This document shows, one piece after another, positions 16,532-25,026 of a DNA stretch of 63,038 nt; position 1 is the first letter of the stretch, and each line of letters opens with the position of its first letter. Position numbers and translations under genes: made by a program. The notes below the pieces were generated by a model. The model was not told the origin of the DNA, did no database searches, and saw only the letters and a program-made list of their open reading frames with translations. The stretch spans positions 1 through 63,038 of the forward strand of contig JAUHXF010000003.1 of the NCBI GenBank assembly GCA_030427125.1. Direction: 5' to 3'. Source of the DNA: a bacterium. GTDB lineage: Bacteria > Patescibacteriota > Saccharimonadia > Saccharimonadales > SZUA-47.

Positions 16532-17749
16532 TTAGAAATTAATTTCTTCCTCGATAACTTCACCAAGTACTTCAATAATTTCATCTGGTCCAGCGGCAAG
16601 CGTCGTGCTGATAAAGCGACGTGGTAACAAGCCGTCGCCTTCAGGATCGTCTGCATTACCGTCGATACTCCCTGTCCACGATCCGCCTGGTGATGCTATT
16701 GCCGCCGAAATCGCCCGAGTAGCGTTGTTTGAATTAATACTCAGCACAGTGAATTGAGAACTGAGCCCAGGATAACCATCACCGTCAAATACCGTACCAT
16801 CTTTAAGCTGATTGTACTCTCCATACCCGTCCAGTACAGAGAAGCCACCCCCATTGCCATTTGTCCAGAACGATGGCTGTGAAGATGTCTTTTTCAGGAC
16901 TGAACAACAACTGTTTTGATTTGGAGACGAAAAGCCCGTCCCCCATGCATCCGTAAATAGCACAAACTGTACATCAGTGGCACCTTCTAGGTCTAGTTCA
17001 TCTCCCGGCCCATAGACAGATCCCAAGCGCATGCGAGCTAATGATCCAGGTAAGTGATCTTGGTAATCCGACGTAGAGGAGCTTCCCGGCCCAAATCGCC
17101 TATCCCACGTTGTTGCAGTAACTGAGTCATCTGTAAATGGCACGGTGACATCGTATTTATGTTCCTGGCTATAGTGATTCGTCCCATACTGCACGACTGC
17201 CACCTCTGAGGTTGGAGCTTCAGTGAGCACATACTCAATCGCGGCATCAACCGTCGATTTACTGTCCAGCCACTCAGACACACTCATCGAGCCTGAATTG
17301 TCTACGATGAATATAAAACGAACGCTCGAAGTACCTGATGTCGTATTCGTAATCTTTCCTTGAATCTCTCGAGTAAATAATGCGTTCGATTCGTCGGTTT
17401 TTTTATAAACACGCCCAATACCCTGTATATCTTGCTGCGTATTAGTCGGGTTTGAGTAGCCTTTTGTTGTCACTTCAAACTTCACAATATGCGTATCAGT
17501 CTCATAAAGAGTCGTCTCCGGTGTGCCAGCATAGGCAATATCGAGCTCATACTGCTCTTTTGCATAGTCCATGGCTGACGTAGCAGCAAGCTGCGCTTGA
17601 CGAACTAACTCTTGCCGAACAGTTGTCTGATATGATTGCAGCGGCAATGAAATAGCTAGTACCGCCAAAATAGTTATCAGCGGTATAAATGCAATAAGGG
17701 TAGCAAGTAAAAAGCCTTTCTCTTCTTTGTTTTTTATGAACTTTTGCAT
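16532..17749 (-). CDS. Pilin-like (lacking Glu5) membrane-anchored von Willebrand factor A domain protein, a candidate pilus-tip component
   Basis: N-terminus KGFLLATLIAFIPLITILAVLAI resembles a prepilin leader plus hydrophobic helix but has Thr at position +5. MIDAS motif DxSxS in FIFIVDNSGSMS. Its start overlaps the stop of the upstream pilin gene by 1 nt. Confidence 0.7.
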   Translation of the reverse strand: MQKFIKNKEEKGFLLATLIAFIPLITILAVLAISLPLQSYQTTVRQELVRQAQLAATSAMDYAKEQYELDIAYAGTPETTLYETDTHIVKFEVTTKGYSNPTNTQQDIQGIGRVYKKTDESNALFTREIQGKITNTTSGTSSVRFIFIVDNSGSMSVSEWLDSKSTVDAAIEYVLTEAPTSEVAVVQYGTNHYSQEHKYDVTVPFTDDSVTATTWDRRFGPGSSSTSDYQDHLPGSLARMRLGSVYGPGDELDLEGATDVQFVLFTDAWGTGFSSPNQNSCCSVLKKTSSQPSFWTNGNGGGFSVLDGYGEYNQLKDGTVFDGDGYPGLSSQFTVLSINSNNATRAISAAIASPGGSWTGSIDGNADDPEGDGLLPRRFISTTLAAGPDEIIEVLGEVIEEEINF

Positions 17750-18558
17750 CAGTTAATCTTCCTTATGGTGTGTTTTACTTCGGCCTCAACTTCTTGGCCA
17801 AATACTTTATCACCCAATGTGAGTGTGATTTCTACTTTGTCAGCCGAGGACGGAAATGTCGTTTCGATATTGTCCTCTGCGAAATAGCGTACCTGCATAT
17901 CAACGACATTTTCCGATAATAAGGAATCTTCGGTTCGACAATTACCCGAGCCGACATTCCCCGCTGGGCACGAAGTGAGTTTTGCATTATCCAGACATGT
18001 AGACGTCGTTGGTGTGCAAGGATTATCAGTAGCAACGTCTATGCTACAAGTCGAAAATGTCGGGACAAGCGTGCGTTTGCGCAAATTACTATAGTTAGAG
18101 TCAGGATTTTCCTCAACGAAGTAAATAACATTATTAATCGCAACTGGATTGTCAGTAATATCAGATGTTTCACATGGATTCAATGCACGCCGAACGATGT
18201 GTCGATCCTCATCTCGCCTTGTTGAGTCGAGAGCTACCTCATTAATGATAAGCGTTTGTGGATCTGAATTATGCGTCCATCCACCGCTCGGCGCGAAAGG
18301 GTCGCTAAGATTTGCATCGGTTTGCTCTCCATACGCAATCGTGAACAGCAACTCATCTTGCAGATTAATGAGTAGGCGCTGTCCTGTTGTACGCAAGTCA
18401 GAGCGCGCAGATTCAGCAAGCACCTCAGTGTATTGCAAGAAGAGTGAGCCGACAAGTGTCACGAGAATAATTGACGTCAGTGGGATCACTACAGCTATCT
18501 CGGTCATTGTGAAGCCGTCCTGCTTCTCATTACGCTTGTGCCGCCGCCAAAACATCAT
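17749..18558 (-). CDS. Type IV prepilin-like minor pilin / pseudopilin, Cys-rich
   Basis: Class III signal peptide: basic leader, then G|FTMTEIAVVIPLTSIILVTLVGSLFL with Glu5. The mature part has eight Cys. It overlaps its neighbours by 1 nt at each end. Confidence 0.7.
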   Translation of the reverse strand: MMFWRRHKRNEKQDGFTMTEIAVVIPLTSIILVTLVGSLFLQYTEVLAESARSDLRTTGQRLLINLQDELLFTIAYGEQTDANLSDPFAPSGGWTHNSDPQTLIINEVALDSTRRDEDRHIVRRALNPCETSDITDNPVAINNVIYFVEENPDSNYSNLRKRTLVPTFSTCSIDVATDNPCTPTTSTCLDNAKLTSCPAGNVGSGNCRTEDSLLSENVVDMQVRYFAEDNIETTFPSSADKVEITLTLGDKVFGQEVEAEVKHTIRKIN

Positions 18559-20105
18559 CAGTCACTCACTCCAAATTCTCGAATAAATGTCGCGTATTCG
18601 ACGCGTTGGCGAATTCCTTGCGCATCGTATTCAATTACCGCTGTTGCTTTCAGGAGTGTCGGGTTATCAGCATCACCATCTGCATCGGTGTCTTCATATG
18701 GACCCGTGTCTGTCATAGTAGACGTCTCAGACCAATTAATCACTAATCTAGGCGCTGGATTACGCTCAGCGACACGTTCACCTGATCCTGAAATATATTG
18801 AATTGCAAATGCCATATCGTTATCAACTTGCCAACCAACTCGATTAATAATCTCTTGCACAATTGACGTCACATCGACTCGTGTATCTTCGCCTACTTCA
18901 CCAGCAGACCATGGATCTGGTGACCATGTTGTTGTTGCCAACGTACCAACACTCCCGTCCGAAGAGTCACTATCAACAGCATTATCCACCGCGAAGGATC
19001 CAGTCCAAGGCTGAGCATTATCCCTGTCAACACCGGTCACAAGGAGATTAACTGCAGTGGAGTCTGTTTCGTCAGCAGTAAACTCAATATACGCACTATC
19101 GATTGTGGCACCCTGCGTCGTATCAATATCATCGAAGATAATACCAATAGATTGATTACCGCGTGACCCGTCTTCTGCCATTTCTAGATCAGAACTGCTA
19201 AAGAATAGATCTCCAGGCGAGTCGCTTGCGTCAGCTCCTTGCTGTTCTACGATGTCTCCCGGGACACCAGCTGAGTACGCCTCAAGCTCCGAAAACACAT
19301 TAAAGTTATTATCTTCTGCGTCCTCGATGTAGAGTCGCCAATATCTATAAGGTGTCGAATTTGAGCTCACATCTATATCCTGCGGATTACTACCCGTACT
19401 GCATGGTATGCCATTATCAGACAACCCGTCGACAATAGTAGTCCAACCACTATTACTATTCGGGGAATTATTTTTTGCTTCAACGCGGAAATCATCAGCT
19501 CCATATCCACAGTAGTACCAATCTACTCGAATCGTATCAACCACCCTAGCAGACCCTAAATCAATAGATGGCGACGCCATATTATTCGGATTATATGAGT
19601 ATGCACTATAGGTATAGTTCGAGTAACTATCATCACGTATTTGCCATTCTCGCCAGTAGTCACCTGTCGCATCATGATAGTTAATACTGTTTATCTCAGA
19701 ACCACTAACAAAAGCTGCATCGGCAGTAATAGTTTGTGTGAAGTCGGTTGTCTCGGTAACTGTCGTCGAGATTACTTCGCTCTCAGGTTCAATATACACC
19801 TTTGCTTCTGCGTTATTTAAGCTGGCTACTTCTGCTTCGGCCGAAAAGTCCTCAACCTCATACGAAAAGGCATTATCGCCAATTGGTATATTGTCATAGC
19901 CCAGATTAATGTAGTCTTGAATCTTCTTGAACGCAAGCGAGCCAGCTTCGGCTCGTAATGCTGTCTGCGCATTTAAGCTCGTACTGTTAATTACGATGAC
20001 GTAGATAATGCTAATGAGCATGGAAACAAGTGCAAGCGAAACGAGCACTTCCACCATACTGAATCCATGTTGTTTGTGTTGTTTATGAACCTTGGGCATA
20101 CCCAC
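18558..20105 (-). CDS. Large type IV prepilin-like protein carrying an F5/8 type C (discoidin)-like carbohydrate-binding domain
   Basis: G|FSMVEVLVSLALVSMLISIIYVIV with Glu5. Residues 135-278 or so read IDLGSARVVDTIRVDWYY...FRVEAKNNSP...WTTIV...RYWRLYIEDAEDNNFNVFSELEAY, a discoidin-like signature. The ORF-track start is a GTG, and ATG two codons later is an alternative. Confidence 0.7.
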   Translation of the reverse strand: MGMPKVHKQHKQHGFSMVEVLVSLALVSMLISIIYVIVINSTSLNAQTALRAEAGSLAFKKIQDYINLGYDNIPIGDNAFSYEVEDFSAEAEVASLNNAEAKVYIEPESEVISTTVTETTDFTQTITADAAFVSGSEINSINYHDATGDYWREWQIRDDSYSNYTYSAYSYNPNNMASPSIDLGSARVVDTIRVDWYYCGYGADDFRVEAKNNSPNSNSGWTTIVDGLSDNGIPCSTGSNPQDIDVSSNSTPYRYWRLYIEDAEDNNFNVFSELEAYSAGVPGDIVEQQGADASDSPGDLFFSSSDLEMAEDGSRGNQSIGIIFDDIDTTQGATIDSAYIEFTADETDSTAVNLLVTGVDRDNAQPWTGSFAVDNAVDSDSSDGSVGTLATTTWSPDPWSAGEVGEDTRVDVTSIVQEIINRVGWQVDNDMAFAIQYISGSGERVAERNPAPRLVINWSETSTMTDTGPYEDTDADGDADNPTLLKATAVIEYDAQGIRQRVEYATFIREFGVSD

Positions 20106-20142
20106 GCCAATTGCAACCTGTGCTTATGCTTATAGACTCATT

Positions 20143-20151
20143 GATTATCTC
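20143..20151 (-). promoter_or_regulatory. Possible internal extended -10 promoter (TGAGATAAT) ahead of the pilin genes
   Basis: The minus strand reads TGAGATAAT within the 72-nt gap between the ABC permease stop and the pilin start. Confidence 0.3.
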
Positions 20152-20177
20152 AGATGTAGTCCCTCGTAGCAACCAGG

Positions 20178-21563
20178 CTATTCGGTACGCAGTGCTTCAA
20201 CCGGATCAAGCTTAGCTGCCTTACGTGCAGGCAGCAACCCAGCAAGCACGCCAATCAACATGAGCGCAAACAACAACCCCAGCAATTGCAGAAAGTCAAA
20301 GACAATTAGATTGTCCTCAATATTAAGCGCATCATTTATGAATGGGTTGAGTATGGTGCCGATAATGAATGCGCCGATTATGCCGAGCAATCCACCAATA
20401 AAACCAATCCAAGCTGCTTCGTAAATGAATAGCAAGCTTATATTTTTCTTGCTCATACCAAGTGCTTTCATTAAGCCAATCTCTCTCGTACGCTCAAGAA
20501 CACTAATATATTGCGTGTTTACAATCCCGAACACTGAAGCGATCAACGTCACAGCACCAAGAGCGAACACCATACCAGTGAGAATATCGACAAATTGATT
20601 CAACGTCTCTTGAATATCATCTGTCGTTAATACGTAAAAACCATCTGCTTCAAGCTGTTCACTCACAGATTGCAACACAGCATCATCTTCTCCATTCTCT
20701 ACCTTTACTGTTGCATAAATGTACTTTTCAAAATTACTGCTTCCTTCGTTTGCGAATACATACAATTCACGCGCATCTTCACTACTTATCTCAAGTGGCA
20801 ACACTCCGAAGACGAAGCTTGTTGCCGGACGAACTGAAACGCCCGAGACTTTGAATGTGAATCGTTTCTCCTGCGGCGCAACCGTATCAACTGATAAATC
20901 TGTAAAATCTTCTGAATCTATCCCGCCGCTCAGCAAGTCTTCGATAGCATCAAACGAGAATTCTTTAGAAATTGATATATCAATTTCTTTGCCAATCGCT
21001 TCGTCTGCATTAATAAAGCCGAGGAGCTCTAAGTATGCCTCTGGCAAAATAATACTACCTGCTTCTAAATCATTATCTACAGGAAGCTCGCCTGCTACCA
21101 GCTCAGGTTTTTGCCCTGGACTGTATGGCTGCAAAGAGCCTGTGTATTCTTTCTGGCCTTCTCTGGTGACATATTGCATTGGTATTGTGAAGAACGGTCG
21201 CACTTGTTCTATCTGTTCATATTGCTCCAAAATTTCGATGTCTGCTTGAGTTACTTGTTTGATTTGTACACTACCCCCATCGCCAAACTGGACATCACCA
21301 ATTGCAGGATCATATTCTTGCGGCGCCCCCGAAGGTCCGCCACCCGTACTTGTTATCTCTGGATCACGAGCAGCAGTCAGTTCTGCAGGGTCAAAGTTAT
21401 TCTCGACCAACTCATCCGTATAGTTTCGCACGCCATTACTTGCGGCTAATGTCAGTGCAAGCGTAAAACCACCGACCGATATGGCGAGAGCTGTGAGGAG
21501 TGTGCGTAATTTTGCTGATTTCAAGCCGCGACCAGCACGCTTGATAAGGTCTGACGTACTCAT
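20178..21563 (-). CDS. ABC transporter permease, FtsX/MacB family with a large extracytoplasmic domain
   Basis: 461 aa. One N-terminal TM, a periplasmic-type domain of about 280 aa, and a C-terminal FtsX-type 3-TM bundle ending ...LPARKAAKLDPVEALRTE. Confidence 0.8.
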   Translation of the reverse strand: MSTSDLIKRAGRGLKSAKLRTLLTALAISVGGFTLALTLAASNGVRNYTDELVENNFDPAELTAARDPEITSTGGGPSGAPQEYDPAIGDVQFGDGGSVQIKQVTQADIEILEQYEQIEQVRPFFTIPMQYVTREGQKEYTGSLQPYSPGQKPELVAGELPVDNDLEAGSIILPEAYLELLGFINADEAIGKEIDISISKEFSFDAIEDLLSGGIDSEDFTDLSVDTVAPQEKRFTFKVSGVSVRPATSFVFGVLPLEISSEDARELYVFANEGSSNFEKYIYATVKVENGEDDAVLQSVSEQLEADGFYVLTTDDIQETLNQFVDILTGMVFALGAVTLIASVFGIVNTQYISVLERTREIGLMKALGMSKKNISLLFIYEAAWIGFIGGLLGIIGAFIIGTILNPFINDALNIEDNLIVFDFLQLLGLLFALMLIGVLAGLLPARKAAKLDPVEALRTE

Positions 21564-22264
21564 TTCTTACCTCCCTTCTTTGTGGATTTTGGCTCTTCTA
21601 TACTACGAATCTTCCCGTCTTTTATATGAATTCGCATATCGCATTTTTTTGCCAACTCTTCATCATGTGTCACTACTATCAATGTCGACGATAGTTTCTT
21701 ATTGAGCTCAAAAAGCATGCTTACAATCCTGTCACCAGTCACAGAATCAAGGTTACCCGTCGGCTCATCTGCAAATAGCAGTTTTGGCTCGTTGACAATG
21801 GCACGGGCCACAGCCAGTCGTTGCTTCTGTCCGCCTGATAAATTTCTCGCCTTGGTGTCTCTCTTTTCGAGCAACTCAACTGCTTCAAGTGCCTTTTCTG
21901 CTTTTTGCTGCCTCCTTGAACGAGTTGTCTTCGCAATCTCCATAGGCAACATAACATTGTCCATGCATGTTCGATTGGCCTCAATGAAAAACGCCTGAAA
22001 TATAAAACTCATTTCACTCGCGCGAAATGCATCTGCTTCTTTCGGTTTCATGTCTGTTATAACTTTACCGTCAAATGTCACTGAACCGCTGGTTGGATGA
22101 TCTAGTCCACTCATGACATGCATGAGTGTACTCTTGCCTGAACCACTTTTGCCGACAATCGCAACAGTTGATCCATCCGGCACTGAAAAAGAAACATCCT
22201 GCAATGCCGTAAATGCGGTGTCTTTCTTGCCATACACCTTAGAGAGCTGTTTCACCTCTATCAT
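21560..22264 (-). CDS. ABC transporter ATP-binding protein (MacB/LolD-like)
   Basis: Walker A GKSGSGKST, signature LSGGQKQR, Walker B LLFADEPTGNLD. GGAG Shine-Dalgarno 7 nt upstream. It overlaps the permease gene by 4 nt. Confidence 0.9.
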   Translation of the reverse strand: MIEVKQLSKVYGKKDTAFTALQDVSFSVPDGSTVAIVGKSGSGKSTLMHVMSGLDHPTSGSVTFDGKVITDMKPKEADAFRASEMSFIFQAFFIEANRTCMDNVMLPMEIAKTTRSRRQQKAEKALEAVELLEKRDTKARNLSGGQKQRLAVARAIVNEPKLLFADEPTGNLDSVTGDRIVSMLFELNKKLSSTLIVVTHDEELAKKCDMRIHIKDGKIRSIEEPKSTKKGGKK

Positions 22265-22288
22265 TTTTTCTCCTTTGCTTTGCCACTT

Positions 22289-22297
22289 ATTGTATCA
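22289..22297 (-). promoter_or_regulatory. Candidate extended -10 promoter (TGATACAAT) for the ABC / pilin unit
   Basis: The minus strand reads TGATACAAT about 24 nt upstream of ATG 22264, with AAAGGAGAAAAA in between. The same 9-mer recurs at 36661..36669 ahead of prmC. Confidence 0.45.
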
Positions 22298-22326
22298 GAA
22301 TGACGCTTACGGTAAGCTGTATTCAT

Positions 22327-22875
22327 ATGTCAAAAAAACCAACATCAAAATCACTCATCCTGGCTCGAATAACCCGGACACTTTACTTCTTTATCGGGTT
22401 TTTTGCCCTTAGTATCATTATTTTTGACAGCGGTAATCTCATTACAAGAGAAGCAGTCATAGATCGCTGGACGCTGGTGACCGTGCTACTAATACTTAAC
22501 ACTATTGTCTGGTATGCCGCTTCACAATCCGTCCTCAAGAAAAACGACATCTTAACTGCAGCTTTGACTCTTGCGTTGTTAGCGGTCGCCGGCTTCATGA
22601 CCTACTGGGAACGGGGCATGGCAAGCACAAGTACTATCCTATACGCGCTACCATTATTGACGGTTGCCACAATAAAAAACCGACACGCGCTACTCGCAAC
22701 ACTAGCTCTTGCAATCGGTACGTATGCATTTGCAGCTGTGAAGTATTTTAATGATTTCTTTAACGAAGGCTATCGGGTGCAGTTATGGGGCACGATTCTA
22801 CTCATATCTGGAGCGTTATGCACTATCACATGGTTCCTCATGATTGTTGCTGGCCTACGCCACGATTCAGAGTAA
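22327..22875 (+). CDS. Hypothetical polytopic membrane protein
   Basis: Five or six hydrophobic helices and no motif I recognise. I prefer ATG 22327 (MSKKPTSKSL, a basic N-terminus) over the ORF-track start at 22300. Confidence 0.5.
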   Translation: MSKKPTSKSLILARITRTLYFFIGFFALSIIIFDSGNLITREAVIDRWTLVTVLLILNTIVWYAASQSVLKKNDILTAALTLALLAVAGFMTYWERGMASTSTILYALPLLTVATIKNRHALLATLALAIGTYAFAAVKYFNDFFNEGYRVQLWGTILLISGALCTITWFLMIVAGLRHDSE

Positions 22876-22877
22876 GC

Positions 22878-24413
22878 TTAACTTTCGAAACGTAATCTAC
22901 GTATTAACCACTGTTTATCAAGCGTGCTCAAAAACCAGCCAGCTCGAGGGCCTGAGTCTTTTCCGATGAGTAGCTTATAGAGTGATGTAAATAATTCTTT
23001 TGGTTGCATACCGACCTCATCGCGAAGGCTATAGACTGCCTTATGGAACCACTCACCATCGGCGTCTTCTGGTGCGCTGGAAATCTTATTAGCAAGTAAT
23101 ACAAATAGCTGTTTCTGTGAATCGCTGAAGTCAGCGTCATCAACTGAATCAATGATTGAGAATCTTGTATCCTCGTCTGCCCATGTATCCAACCAATGAT
23201 CGATAAAGGCAAGCTCTCGTCTAACAATTTCTTCATCTTCGCGAGCTTCTTTGGCATACTCTGTACGTTCAATCACATCGATTGTCTTTTGTGGATCACG
23301 CAACGAAGCTTGATAACTAACATACAGATGCGTAAACGGCACACGGCTCACTGTCGGCTGTTCAACACCCTGAAGACAGAGCTCTAGCAGCTGGTTTTCT
23401 TGCTCGGTCTTGTCGGGCTTTGCAAGTAATTCACTAAACTCATCGAAGAGCTTAATGAGTGTGTCGCCAGTATCGAAGAACAGTAGCTTGTCCGGACTAT
23501 AACGCAGTATAAAGAACCATATCAACTCAGGAGGAAGAATTTTCAGCAAGTCAGCTGCTGTGATGGTATCACCTGCACTTTTACTCATCTTCTTTGTATC
23601 ACCGGTTCGGTTGATGAAATCATATGGTATCGGTAGTGGAGCATCCGCCGAAAACACATCTTGCACAATAACTGCACCAGTGTCGTACGAGCCACCTTTT
23701 GTGGCGTGATCACGTCCGAACGGCTCAGCATCCACACCAAGTTTCCACCATCGCGCAGGCCAATCTATACGCCAGTTTAACTTCACCATACCATCCGTAT
23801 AGCTGATGCTTTGCTCGTTGTTATCGGCGTCAAGGTATGTAACCGTTTTATCTTCTTTCGAAAAACCTACATATGCTCTATTTTTTAGTCTACCGTTCTC
23901 AACAATCTGTACTGGTGACCATTGTGGATCCAGCTTCCGGCCTGATACTTCCTCGAGTGCTGCGCGTACTGCAGGCAGATTTTCTAACGTCTTCTCGATT
24001 GCATCGACAAAAAACCCATCGCGATATTTTTCGTGTGCATGCATGACTTCCATATCAAGATGAAGCCCCTCTGCCGCCACAAGAAGGTCGGCGATGAAAT
24101 AATCAGCATATGAACTAGCTTTGGCTGAATCAGGAGACGGCACATCACACAGTGGCATCCCAAGGTACTGCGAAAAACTCTCATCAACATCGACAGGCAC
24201 TTTTCGGAACACATCCAGGTCATCAGACACGTGAATGTGCTTCGCATCGCGACCTCGCCGCTTCAGCTCCCTGTAGACTGCTTCCGCGGTCAGAACCTCA
24301 CGCAATGTTCCTAAGTGATAGGTACCTGACGGAGACACGCCTGAAGACACAACAATCTCTCTATCAGGATGTTGTGAAATTAAAGAATCAACGATGTTGT
24401 TCAACCAATTCAT
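22878..24413 (-). CDS. lysK: Lysyl-tRNA synthetase, class I (archaeal-type)
   Basis: SGVSPSGTYHLGTLREV (HIGH-type motif in the class I LysRS context) and KKMSKSAGD (KMSKS). The 511-aa length fits. Confidence 0.85.
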   Translation of the reverse strand: MNWLNNIVDSLISQHPDREIVVSSGVSPSGTYHLGTLREVLTAEAVYRELKRRGRDAKHIHVSDDLDVFRKVPVDVDESFSQYLGMPLCDVPSPDSAKASSYADYFIADLLVAAEGLHLDMEVMHAHEKYRDGFFVDAIEKTLENLPAVRAALEEVSGRKLDPQWSPVQIVENGRLKNRAYVGFSKEDKTVTYLDADNNEQSISYTDGMVKLNWRIDWPARWWKLGVDAEPFGRDHATKGGSYDTGAVIVQDVFSADAPLPIPYDFINRTGDTKKMSKSAGDTITAADLLKILPPELIWFFILRYSPDKLLFFDTGDTLIKLFDEFSELLAKPDKTEQENQLLELCLQGVEQPTVSRVPFTHLYVSYQASLRDPQKTIDVIERTEYAKEAREDEEIVRRELAFIDHWLDTWADEDTRFSIIDSVDDADFSDSQKQLFVLLANKISSAPEDADGEWFHKAVYSLRDEVGMQPKELFTSLYKLLIGKDSGPRAGWFLSTLDKQWLIRRLRFES

Positions 24414-24458
24414 TACCGATAAGTGTATCGTATATGGACGAAAAATAACAGAGGTAGT

Positions 24459-24917
24459 TTATGCCACTGAAACGATTTTGTACTTATTAGTGGCTGCAGG
24501 TGTCTTGATTTCAACTTCCTCACCTACTTTTTTACCCATCAACACTTGGCCAATCGGTGATTCATTTGAAATCTTACCTTCAAGTGGGTTGGCTTCAACT
24601 GAGCCGACAACCGTAAATTTTTTATTTCCATCTTTGTTCTTTAGCTCCACTGTATTTCCAAGTTCTACAACATCCTTTTTCTTTGGTGATGCGATAGTCT
24701 CAGCATTCTTTAGCACATGCTCTATCTCTGCAATCCGAGACTCAGTCTTTTCCTGCTCTTGACGCGCAGCGCTATACTCAGCGTTTTCCGACAGATCTCC
24801 AAACTCACGTGCAGTCTTGATACGCTCCGCAATATCTCCTCGACTACCAACAAGCGTCTTCATCTCGTTCTCAAGTTCTTTAATACCGTCAGCAGTTAGT
24901 TGAAACTGTTTTTTCAT
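24459..24917 (-). CDS. greA: Transcription elongation factor GreA
   Basis: Coiled-coil N-domain with FGDLSENAEYSAARQEQ, and a C-terminal FKBP-like domain ending ...ISNESPIGQVLMGKKVGEEVEI. Confidence 0.9.
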   Translation of the reverse strand: MKKQFQLTADGIKELENEMKTLVGSRGDIAERIKTAREFGDLSENAEYSAARQEQEKTESRIAEIEHVLKNAETIASPKKKDVVELGNTVELKNKDGNKKFTVVGSVEANPLEGKISNESPIGQVLMGKKVGEEVEIKTPAATNKYKIVSVA

Positions 24918-25026
24918 AGTTCTTTACCTCTATTACACATTAAAATTAAACGGTCAGTGACAGACTTTTTTTCTCGCATATGTTTGTTTCTTGGAGCCGA
25001 CTATACCAAACCCCAACTACCGTTGA

